Source: an uncultured Verrucomicrobiae bacterium (GTDB taxonomy: Bacteria > Verrucomicrobiota > Verrucomicrobiia > Limisphaerales > Palsa-1400). From it: a stretch of 64,000 nucleotides of DNA. A program made the position numbers and the translations under genes. The DNA lies in assembly GCA_963764165.1 (NCBI GenBank), contig CAVXRD010000002.1, positions 256,001 to 320,000 of the forward strand. Direction: 5' to 3'. This document shows positions 9,787 through 17,233 of this stretch, piece after piece. The first letter of the stretch is position 1, and the number at the start of each line of letters is the position of its first letter. The notes under the pieces were generated by a model, which was not told the DNA's origin, did no database searches, and saw only the letters and a list, made by a program, of their open reading frames with translations.

Positions 9787-10096
9787 TCCGGGCGTGAAAT
9801 CTGCCAGAAGCCCAAACCAAACAAAAGCAATCCCGAGCAGGGGCGGCATAGGAGGCTATGTTCCCTCAGCTCTCGTTTTCAAAGCCGTTGGAGTGAGATC
9901 ACAAGGGTGAGAGCGGTCTCTTTGAAGGCGGTCTGATCAAATGAAGTCAGGCCTCTGTCAAATTATTTGTACAGACACGAAATCATTCACCAACTCGAGC
10001 GCGTTGAAGGCTGAACAAAGAAAATAAAACACAGATGCGTGTCCGGGCATCCTTGCCGCCACGCGAACTGAAGAATTAAGAGGTGGGAAAAACCGG

Positions 10097-10321
10097 CTAA
10101 TTCTGCGGCGAATGCGGCTGGCGGCTGCGGCGCCATTTGCTTCGGTGCTTGATGATCCAATCGGTCAGGGCGCGTTCGAAACCGATGTCGTGGCCGGCCT
10201 TTTGGGACTCGATCCATTTGTGTTTCATGATCTCTTCCTTCTCCGCTTCGAACTCGCGGTAGAGGGATGATTTGCGAACCAGGTCGGTGCCGTTGGAGCC
10301 TTTAGTTGTGGATTGCGACAT
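10097..10321 (-). CDS. Small conserved protein (DUF4032-like, 74 aa)
   Basis: SSLYREFEAEKEEIMKHKWIESQKAGHDIGFERALTDW; start placed at MSQST. Confidence 0.75.
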   Translation of the reverse strand: MSQSTTKGSNGTDLVRKSSLYREFEAEKEEIMKHKWIESQKAGHDIGFERALTDWIIKHRSKWRRSRQPHSPQN

Positions 10322-10395
10322 AGGCGCAGTGATTGTCAATTGGGGTGCGAGAGACGCCATTTCTTTTAAGGTGAGGGTCATCGGTTTTTGGGTGG

Positions 10396-10755
10396 TTAGG
10401 CGACTTCCAAGCCGAGGGTCTTGCGACCATTGGGACTGATCATGCTCTGATGCCACGGCGGGTCCCAAACCAACTCGACGTTGGCTTCGTGAATGGCATC
10501 AAGCGCCAGCAGGCGCTCCTGGACGTTTCCGGCAATCTGGCCGCCCAAATGGCAGCCGGGGGAGGTCAGCGTCATCTTGATATTGGCCTGTCCGTCGTTG
10601 ACAGACACAGAGTAAACCAATCCCAAGTCAACGATATTTAGGGGAATCTCGGGGTCAAAGCATTGGCGCAGTTCGTCCCAAACCAAATCATCGAGACCTC
10701 CGGTTTGCCCGGCAGGCTCGGCTCGATTCACGTTATGATCCGCGGAACGATCCAT
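10396..10755 (-). CDS. Fe-S/metal-sulfur cluster assembly factor (SufT/DUF59)
   Basis: FDPEIPLNIVDLGLVY, MTLTSPGC and VELVWDPPW motifs. Confidence 0.92.
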   Translation of the reverse strand: MDRSADHNVNRAEPAGQTGGLDDLVWDELRQCFDPEIPLNIVDLGLVYSVSVNDGQANIKMTLTSPGCHLGGQIAGNVQERLLALDAIHEANVELVWDPPWHQSMISPNGRKTLGLEVA

Positions 10756-10775
10756 AGATCACTTTGTAACCTAAT

Positions 10776-11831
10776 CTATGCAAATCTGTCACGCAAGGTT
10801 TTTGCGATGTTAATAAATGCCTGCGCCGGAGGCGTTTGTGGATCAGACACAACGATAGGAATTCCCAAATCCCCACCTTTTCGGATTTCTACGAAAATGG
10901 GGACTTCGCCGAGAAATGGCATATCGCGCCGTTCCGCCTCGTATCGCCCGCCGCCGTGGCCAAAAATCTCCACCCGTTCGCCGTTCGGTGCGATGAAATA
11001 GCTCATGTTTTCGACGATGCCGAGCAACGGGACATTGACCTTTTCGAACATCGCGATGCCTTTCCGCACGACGCCGAGGGACGCTTCTTGGGGCGTCGTC
11101 ACGATGACACCGCCATCCAGTGGAACGGTTTGGCAAAGGGAGAGTTGGGCATCGCCGGTGCCAGGAGGAAGGTCAACCAGCAGAAAGTCCAACTGTCCCC
11201 ATTCGACGTCCGAAATGAATTGCTGGATGGTTTTCATGATCATCGGCCCACGCCAAATCACCGGGGCGTCGGCGTCAATCAAAAGACCCATGCTCATCAG
11301 TTTGACGCCGTGGCTGACCGGGGGCACGAGCTTTTCGGCTTCGCTGATGGTAGGTTTGTCGTGCATGCCCATCATGAGCGGAATGCTGGGGCCGTAAATA
11401 TCACAATCAAGCAGTCCGACCGAGGCGCCCAAATGCTTCAGCGCGCAGGCCAGATTCACGGAGACGGTGGATTTCCCCACGCCGCCTTTTCCGCTGGCCA
11501 CTGCGATGACCCGATTGATGCCGGGCACCTTGGCTTTCTGGCCGCTGGGAATCGGGCTTGGCGCCTGCCCGGCCGCCGTCGCGCCCCGCACCTCGACGAA
11601 CAACTGCTCGACCCCTTTGACTTGACGCAGCGCGGATTCGACATCGGCTTTGAGCTTCGCGGCGACCTCGGCGCTGCCGCCGGTCAATTGCAAAATGAGG
11701 CTGACCGCGCCGCCGTTGGCGTTAATTTCCTTGACCAACCCAAACGAGACAATGTCCCGTGAATAACCCGGATATTTCACCGTCTTGAGAATATCGAGGA
11801 CGGCCTGCTGCGAAATGGCACTCATGTCCAT
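10776..11831 (-). CDS. mrp: Mrp/NBP35 (ApbC) Fe-S cluster carrier ATPase
   Basis: ASGKGGVGKST, DCDIYGPSIP, WRGPM and DLPPGTGDAQL motifs; start at 11831 or 11825. Confidence 0.95.
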   Translation of the reverse strand: MDMSAISQQAVLDILKTVKYPGYSRDIVSFGLVKEINANGGAVSLILQLTGGSAEVAAKLKADVESALRQVKGVEQLFVEVRGATAAGQAPSPIPSGQKAKVPGINRVIAVASGKGGVGKSTVSVNLACALKHLGASVGLLDCDIYGPSIPLMMGMHDKPTISEAEKLVPPVSHGVKLMSMGLLIDADAPVIWRGPMIMKTIQQFISDVEWGQLDFLLVDLPPGTGDAQLSLCQTVPLDGGVIVTTPQEASLGVVRKGIAMFEKVNVPLLGIVENMSYFIAPNGERVEIFGHGGGRYEAERRDMPFLGEVPIFVEIRKGGDLGIPIVVSDPQTPPAQAFINIAKTLRDRFA

Positions 11832-11958
11832 CCAAGCTATGACGGTGCTTCGGCCAACGCAAGCAGCGCGATGCAGATCCGTCCCGAACAAGTGGCTGAT
11901 TAATAATAATTTCGCAATTCATTTGACTTTGCGTGGATTAGGCAGTGAATGGTGGAAT

Positions 11959-12048
11959 ATGGCTACATCTAAGAAAGCTGCTTCCAAAGCACCCGCAAAA
12001 AAAACATCCCCCATCAAAGCGAAGAAGACCGTCGCGAAAAAGAAATAA
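11959..12048 (+). CDS. 29-aa Lys/Ala-rich histone-H1-like microprotein
   Basis: MATSKKAASKAPAKKTSPIKAKKTVAKKK; GGTGGA just upstream of the ATG; TTGACT at 11923; divergent from mrp. Confidence 0.6.
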   Translation: MATSKKAASKAPAKKTSPIKAKKTVAKKK

Positions 12049-12076
12049 CGCGCGAATTCAGAAACCTGAAGGTTGG

Positions 12077-12545
12077 AATCTGGAACTCAGGAAATCAGGA
12101 ACCGGAGCTTCGGAAGAGTGCGAAGCGGGTTTGAGACAAGATTCTTCGTTAAGCATTATTTCCCTCCCCACAGTATCCGGGGATTGAACAGACGCGGGAA
12201 GAATTGCCAGGCGCGCCGGAAAATTCGGGACTGACGAAGCGCCGTAGGCGTGGAACCTTTGTAGAAACGGTCCGAAAACATTCTCGAGTTCCGTCAGGAG
12301 CGGCACTGGACGCAATGTCAGGTGTCGCTCCTGACGGAGCTTGAAAATCTTTGGGACGTCTTTCTACAACGGTGCCGCGCCTACGGCGCTTGGCGGCAAC
12401 GCGGAATGAAGAATTTTGTCTTATACCCGTGCGAAGCGCATCGTCATTTTATTGATTGACAGTCGCTGCGTGGTTCTTGGCGCTCGGACAAGGGCAAAAC
12501 GGCTTCTTGCTCCGGTCTTTTTCGTGAGTTCGTGAGTTCCAGATT
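12077..12545. repeat. Outer inverted-repeat pair built of 8-nt units, enclosing the element at 12237-12391
   Basis: AATCTGGAACTCAGGAAATCAGGAA at 12077 against TTCGTGAGTTCGTGAGTTCCAGATT ending at 12545; ACCGGAGC/GCTCCGGT also pair. Confidence 0.6.
12237..12391. repeat. Long imperfect palindrome (REP/MITE-like)
   Basis: AAGCGCCGTAGGCG..TGTAGAAA..GAGTTCCGTCAGGAGCGGCAC is mirrored by GTGTCGCTCCTGACGGAGCTT..TTTCTACA..CGCCTACGGCGCTT. Confidence 0.8.
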
Positions 12546-12838
12546 TATTCGCCTTCCCTCTTGCCAGCTTCCGCCTTCGGCCGATAGAGCACGACTACAT
12601 TGCCGACACGCGTGATGAGGCAGCTGCCGCTCTTTTCGGCTAACTGAGGAGCGAGTTCCTTCTTCTCTTCCTTGAACTGGCCAAATTTCACTTTGACAAG
12701 TTCGTGATGCTTCAATGCGTCATCAAGGGCGGCGAGAAATTTCGGGCTGAGGCCTTCCTTGCCCACCTCCAGCGTGGCTTTCATGCGCTGAGCCTGGGCT
12801 TTTAGCTCGCGGATTTTTGCGTTGGCGAGCGGAATCAA
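12545..12838 (-). CDS. yhbY: YhbY/CRM-domain RNA-binding protein
   Basis: LKAQAQRMKATLEVGKEG, ALKHHELVKVKF and VGNVVVLYR motifs; likely TTG start overlapping the nagB TGA. Confidence 0.9.
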   Translation of the reverse strand: MIPLANAKIRELKAQAQRMKATLEVGKEGLSPKFLAALDDALKHHELVKVKFGQFKEEKKELAPQLAEKSGSCLITRVGNVVVLYRPKAEAGKREGE

Positions 12839-13620
12839 CGGTAGCCTTCCCATTCCGGCTCGTTGGCGAAAATCCAGCGGTAATAATCCGTCTCCCGCAA
12901 TTTGCCTGCTGCGGCTTCATCCAGCACAACTGTGCAGCGCGGGTGCCATTGCAGCGCGGTCGCGGAAATCATCGAGGTGATCGGGCCTTCCACGGCTTTT
13001 GCAATCACGTCCGCTTTCGACGCTCCGGTGGCCAGCATCAGGCAGCGCGAGCAGTCAAGAATAGTTCCAACACCCATCGTGATGGCGCGGCGGGGGACAT
13101 TTTTCGGGCCCTCGAAAAACGCGGCGTTTTGCTCGATGGTAACCGGGCTGAGGGCCTTAACCCGTGTGCGCGAACGCAACGCCGAAAGCGGCTCATTGAA
13201 ACCGATGTGGCCGGTTTTGCCGATGCCGAGGAGCTGCAGATCAATCGCGCCGCAGCGTTTTATTTTGCGCTCGTAATCGGCGCATTCGGCATCGAGGTCT
13301 TTGGCAGCCCCGTTCGGCAGATGCGTGTTGCGCAGGTCGATGTTGACGTGATTGAAAAGCTGCTCGTTCATGTAGTGGCGATACGAGCGCGGGTCCTCCG
13401 GCTTCAGGCCGACGTATTCATCAAGATTGAACGTGCGGCAAAGCGAGAAATCCAGATTCTCCTCGCGGTGCATTTTCACGAGGATTTTATAGACCGCCTC
13501 CATCGTGCGCCCAGTGGCCAAACCGAGCACGGCTGACGGATTGGCCCGCAACTCGGCGGCGACAATGCGCGCCACCAACAATGCCGCAGCCTGTTCATCT
13601 GGTCGAATAATCGCTTCCAC
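12835..13620 (-). CDS. nagB: Glucosamine-6-phosphate deaminase
   Basis: VLGLATG, TFNLDEYVGL, LLGIGKTGHIGFNEP and AITMGVGTIL motifs. Confidence 0.96.
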   Translation of the reverse strand: MEAIIRPDEQAAALLVARIVAAELRANPSAVLGLATGRTMEAVYKILVKMHREENLDFSLCRTFNLDEYVGLKPEDPRSYRHYMNEQLFNHVNIDLRNTHLPNGAAKDLDAECADYERKIKRCGAIDLQLLGIGKTGHIGFNEPLSALRSRTRVKALSPVTIEQNAAFFEGPKNVPRRAITMGVGTILDCSRCLMLATGASKADVIAKAVEGPITSMISATALQWHPRCTVVLDEAAAGKLRETDYYRWIFANEPEWEGYR

Positions 13621-13666
13621 TGTCAGGGCAACTTAGAAACGCATGGCAGACGTGACAAGACATTTT

Positions 13667-13973
13667 GAGAGCGCGCGCCCTTCGCGTGCAGTGGTTGGCG
13701 CCCTCGCCGATCACATCTTAGCCGTAACAATTCAGTTAAGAAGGGTAGCGCGACCGTCTCGGTCGCCTCCAGTCGGCGTCCCGCCGACTGGCTCTGGCGG
13801 AAAATCTGGATTCACTCTTCGGTGACTAATCAGACGCGTAAGATGTCTTCGGCGGGACGCCGAAGACGGCGGTCGAGACGACCGCGCTCCCCAATTTCAA
13901 CTGCATCGTTACGGCTTAGAAGGGCAATCGGCGAGGGCGCCGATTGTCTGCACGCGAGGCGCGTGCGCTCCCC
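13667..13973. repeat. REP-like inverted pair interrupted by the MITE at 13718-13919
   Basis: GAGCGCGCGCCCTTCGCGTGCA..GGCGCCCTCGCCGA against TCGGCGAGGGCGCC..TGCACGCGAGGCGCGTGCGCTC. Confidence 0.75.
13718..13919. mobile_element. ~200-bp MITE-like element with terminal inverted repeats and an internal REP-like pair
   Basis: Left end TTAGCCGTAACAATTCAGTT, right end AACTGCATCGTTACGGCTTAG; TTAG at both ends; inner pair AGCGCGACCGTCTCGGTCGC..TCGGCGTCCCGCCGA / TCGGCGGGACGCCGA..GCGGTCGAGACGACCGCGCT. Confidence 0.7.
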
Positions 13974-14003
13974 GGGCCGAAGAATTCAAGCGCGACAATT
14001 CTC

Positions 14004-15080
14004 TCAGGATTTGAACGGAATTTCCTCCGCGCGCACTGGAATTCTTCCCGCGGCGGTTTCCAATTCAATCGCCGCGCCCGGCTGGTTCGCTTCACGCCGA
14101 ATGTAACCAAGCGCAACCATTTTCTGCAACACGGGTGACCATGCCGCGCTCGTGATGTGGCCGATTTCCTTGTCGCCAATAAAAAGCTTTGCGCCCTTCG
14201 CTGGCGCTTCCTTTGCCTCACTGGCGAATTTGAAACCGCGCAAAGACTTTGCGACCTGGCCATAAGTCCTCACGCGGGCAATAACTTCCTGCCCGATGTA
14301 ACAGCCCTTGGCATAGCTGATGGCGCGCGTGTCCACCGCCTCGGGAGCCAGATTGGTTTCGTCCATATCCGCGCCGAACCGTGGCACGCCGGTTTCGATG
14401 CGCTGAGTCTCCAACGCCTGCCAGCCGGACAATTTCCCACCGCTGGCCATTAACTTTTCCAATGCGCCATCCATCGAATTCATTGGGACGAACAAATCAA
14501 AACCCGGCCCGCAAATCGCCGCGCGCCGAGCTGCGTAAATCTCCCCAAATGCCGAATGGTCCCATTTGGTGGCATTCATGGAAGTCGGCGGAAGCGGAAA
14601 GTTTGGCGCGAACGCTGTCAATGCGGGTTCCGCCTTCGGCCCGTAAATTCCCAGCATTCCGTAATGCGGCGCGGCATCGACGATTTGCACGTCCTCGGCG
14701 ATGACATATTTCTCCAGCCGTTCCGCAACCGCTTTCGAAAAGCCTGGTTCGAAATCCAACAGGAGTTCATTCTCCAGGCGGTAGATATTCATGTCGCTTT
14801 GGAGCTTGCCCTTGGCGGAGACAACGGCGGCGTAGCAGCCTGCGCCCACATTGAGGTCTTTGATATTATTGGTCACCTGTCCGTGGAGAAATCGCTGCGC
14901 ATCCGCGCCCAGCAAACAAAGGCGGCTGCGAAAACTCAGGTCAATCAGTCCCGCGCCGTCCCGCAAAGCGGCGTATTCGGCCAGCCAATCGCCGTAATGC
15001 GCTGCGGCCTCCTGGCCGTTGACCTCGGTGAAGGCCGCGCTCCGCGCCTGATGAAATGAGTGCAATGCAAGTGACACCAT
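14004..15080 (-). CDS. ygfZ: YgfZ/GcvT-family folate-binding protein
   Basis: FLHGQVTN and the KGCYIGQEVIAR signature. Confidence 0.9.
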   Translation of the reverse strand: MVSLALHSFHQARSAAFTEVNGQEAAAHYGDWLAEYAALRDGAGLIDLSFRSRLCLLGADAQRFLHGQVTNNIKDLNVGAGCYAAVVSAKGKLQSDMNIYRLENELLLDFEPGFSKAVAERLEKYVIAEDVQIVDAAPHYGMLGIYGPKAEPALTAFAPNFPLPPTSMNATKWDHSAFGEIYAARRAAICGPGFDLFVPMNSMDGALEKLMASGGKLSGWQALETQRIETGVPRFGADMDETNLAPEAVDTRAISYAKGCYIGQEVIARVRTYGQVAKSLRGFKFASEAKEAPAKGAKLFIGDKEIGHITSAAWSPVLQKMVALGYIRREANQPGAAIELETAAGRIPVRAEEIPFKS

Positions 15081-15177
15081 GATCCTTATTCGCCGACAAT
15101 TGCCGCTCGCGCAACGTCGAAAAAGCCGAATCACATTGCCAACGCGCCTTTATTTTGACTTAATCCATCGGCAACGG

Positions 15178-16056
15178 ATGAAATCAATGACCGGCTACGG
15201 ACGCGGCGAGTGCTCCCAGCGCGGGTTCAAAGTGACGGTGGAAGTCAGCTCGGTCAACCGGAAGCAGACTGAAATTGCCGTCAATTTGCCACGCGAATTG
15301 GAAGTCCTCGAAGCCCAGGTGCGCGATGAAATCAATCGCCGCGTTGCTCGCGGGCGCCTCACAGTGCGGATTTCCGTGCATGCGTCGCAAGGCGCTTCCG
15401 GCAAAATTCTCATCGACGCCGCGCTGGCGAAACATTACGCCAAGGAACTTCGGGCGCTGGCCAAGTCGCTGCATCTCAAGGACGATATTTCCCTCGATTT
15501 GCTCGCCCGCGCCCCGGGCGTCCTGCAACCCGCCGAGGAAACCGCCTCTGCCGAGGAACTCTGGCCCTCCATCAACAAAGCGCTGCAAACCGCGCTTGAT
15601 GTGCTTTTGAAAATGCGCGAGCGCGAGGGCGCGAACCTCGAAAAAGATCTCGTCTCCCGCGCTGGGGTGATGCGCGCGGGTGTCAAACATATTCTCAAGC
15701 TGGCGCCGCGCTCCGTCGAGCAATATCGGACGCAGCTCTTGGCGCGCATCAAGGCCGCCGGGATCGATGCGCCCGCGCTGGAGGACGAGCGCCTGGTCAA
15801 GGAAGTGTTTTATTTCGCAGACCGCTCGGATATTTCCGAGGAATTGACGCGCCTGGAAAGCCACTTTCAGCAGTTCGACGATTGCGTCAAGTCGAAGGAG
15901 CCGGTGGGCCGCACGCTCGACTTTCTGGCGCAGGAAATCAACCGCGAAATCAACACCCTCGGCTCCAAGGCCAACGACAGCGTCATTTCCCGCGAGGTCG
16001 TGACGCTGAAGGCGGAGCTGGAAAAATTTCGCGAGCAGGTGCAAAACGTTGAATGA
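15178..16056 (+). CDS. yicC: YicC/YloC family endoribonuclease
   Basis: MKSMTGYGRG, DISEELTRLESH, GRTLDFLAQEINREINTLGSK and REQVQNVE motifs. Confidence 0.95.
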   Translation: MKSMTGYGRGECSQRGFKVTVEVSSVNRKQTEIAVNLPRELEVLEAQVRDEINRRVARGRLTVRISVHASQGASGKILIDAALAKHYAKELRALAKSLHLKDDISLDLLARAPGVLQPAEETASAEELWPSINKALQTALDVLLKMREREGANLEKDLVSRAGVMRAGVKHILKLAPRSVEQYRTQLLARIKAAGIDAPALEDERLVKEVFYFADRSDISEELTRLESHFQQFDDCVKSKEPVGRTLDFLAQEINREINTLGSKANDSVISREVVTLKAELEKFREQVQNVE

Positions 16057-16697
16057 ACGCGGCCCCTCCAACGCGCGCCGCGAACACGACGCCACTGCTC
16101 ATCGTCATTTCCGCGCCCTCCGGCGGCGGCAAAACGACCCTCTGCCATCAATTGCTGGAGAAGCATCCCGAGATGACGCGGGCCATCACCTGCACCACGC
16201 GCGCGCCCCGCCCGGGGGAATTGCATGGGCGCGATTATTATTTCATTAGCGACGACGAATTTTCCAAACGCATCGAAGCCGGTTCGTTTCTGGAGCATGC
16301 GCGGGTGTTCGATCACAGTTACGGCACGCCGAAACCGGAGGTGCTCGACAAGCTCCTCACCGGGCACGATGTGTTGCTGAATATCGACGTGCAAGGAGCG
16401 GCCACCGTTTGCTCACGGGCGGCGGCGGATGCCGACCTGCGCCACGCGTTGGTGACAGTCTTCTTGACGCCGCCAAGTTTGCGCGAATTGGAGGGCCGGT
16501 TGCGCCGCCGAGGGACGGATTCGGACACGCAATTGCAGAAGCGGCTCAGCGTCGCGCGCCATGAGGTCGAGCAATGGCCTAACTTCCAATATTTGATTTT
16601 GAGCACGAGCATTGCGGAGGATTTGCGCCGCATGGAATCGATCATCGAAGCCGAGCGGATGCGTGGGGCGCGCTCAAGATTTTCGGTGACGGATTAA
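16053..16697 (+). CDS. gmk: Guanylate kinase
   Basis: SAPSGGGKTT, TTRAPRPGE, DYYF and IDVQGA motifs; ATGA overlap with yicC. Confidence 0.96.
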   Translation: MNAAPPTRAANTTPLLIVISAPSGGGKTTLCHQLLEKHPEMTRAITCTTRAPRPGELHGRDYYFISDDEFSKRIEAGSFLEHARVFDHSYGTPKPEVLDKLLTGHDVLLNIDVQGAATVCSRAAADADLRHALVTVFLTPPSLRELEGRLRRRGTDSDTQLQKRLSVARHEVEQWPNFQYLILSTSIAEDLRRMESIIEAERMRGARSRFSVTD

Positions 16698-16716
16698 GAA
16701 GGCCCGGGACGGTCCG

Positions 16717-16869
16717 TCACGCGAGAAAGCGCGAGCGCAGCCAAAGCAAACAACCCACCAGCAGCGTCAGCGCGACCAATAATCCCACGAATGCCCATAG
16801 CGTCACGACGACTCTTTTTTTGGTTTGAGCCTGCGGGTCATAGCTGCGGGTCAAATTCCTGCCGGTCAT
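16717..16869 (-). CDS. Small single-pass membrane protein (50 aa)
   Basis: AGGAGG Shine-Dalgarno 5 nt before the ATG; MTGRNLTRSYDPQAQTKKR followed by a hydrophobic run VVVTLWAFVGLLVALTLLVGCLLWL. Confidence 0.65.
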   Translation of the reverse strand: MTGRNLTRSYDPQAQTKKRVVVTLWAFVGLLVALTLLVGCLLWLRSRFLA

Positions 16870-16941
16870 TTCTGCCTCCTGTTTCGAACAATATAGCGCG
16901 GAAAGATCACTCTGTAAAATGCGGGCCGCCCGAAGGAAGCA

Positions 16942-17182
16942 ACGCCTCGCCGAAGCGTCCGGTTGCGCGTGAATATACGCACGGCCCGCGCGCGACGAAT
17001 GCCTCACCCCGGACGCCTCGGCGGAGTCTGTCTCAAAACTCAAAAACGGCTTTAAAAAGCACCACCAAAACACCCTCGCCGAAAATAAAAATGCGCCATA
17101 TCGCAAATGAGAGATTAGTAGTATTGACACACTTTGAGGATTTTGTAGTTTTGAGACAATCTCGGCGAGGCGTCCCTACCTC
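16942..17182. repeat. GTAG-type REP pair (GGACGCCTCGGCGAGGCGTCCCTACC family) disrupted by a MITE
   Basis: ACGCCTCGCCGAAGCGTCC at 16942; second arm is split as GGACGCCTCGGCG [insert] GGCGAGGCGTCCCTACC. Confidence 0.8.
17024..17163. mobile_element. 140-bp MITE with IS1182-like ends and a 4-bp target duplication
   Basis: TIRs GAGTCTGTCTCAAAACT / AGTTTTGAGACAATCTC; GGCG duplicated at 17020-17023 and 17164-17167; AT-rich interior. Confidence 0.85.
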
Positions 17183-17233
17183 GCTTCGCGACCGCACATT
17201 CGGCCCCATTTAATCGCACGCACGGGCGGATAG

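Noticed and set aside
16870..17130. 137-aa version of ORF 16717..17130
   Set aside because: The upstream part is translated REP/MITE sequence; the strong SD marks the start at 16869
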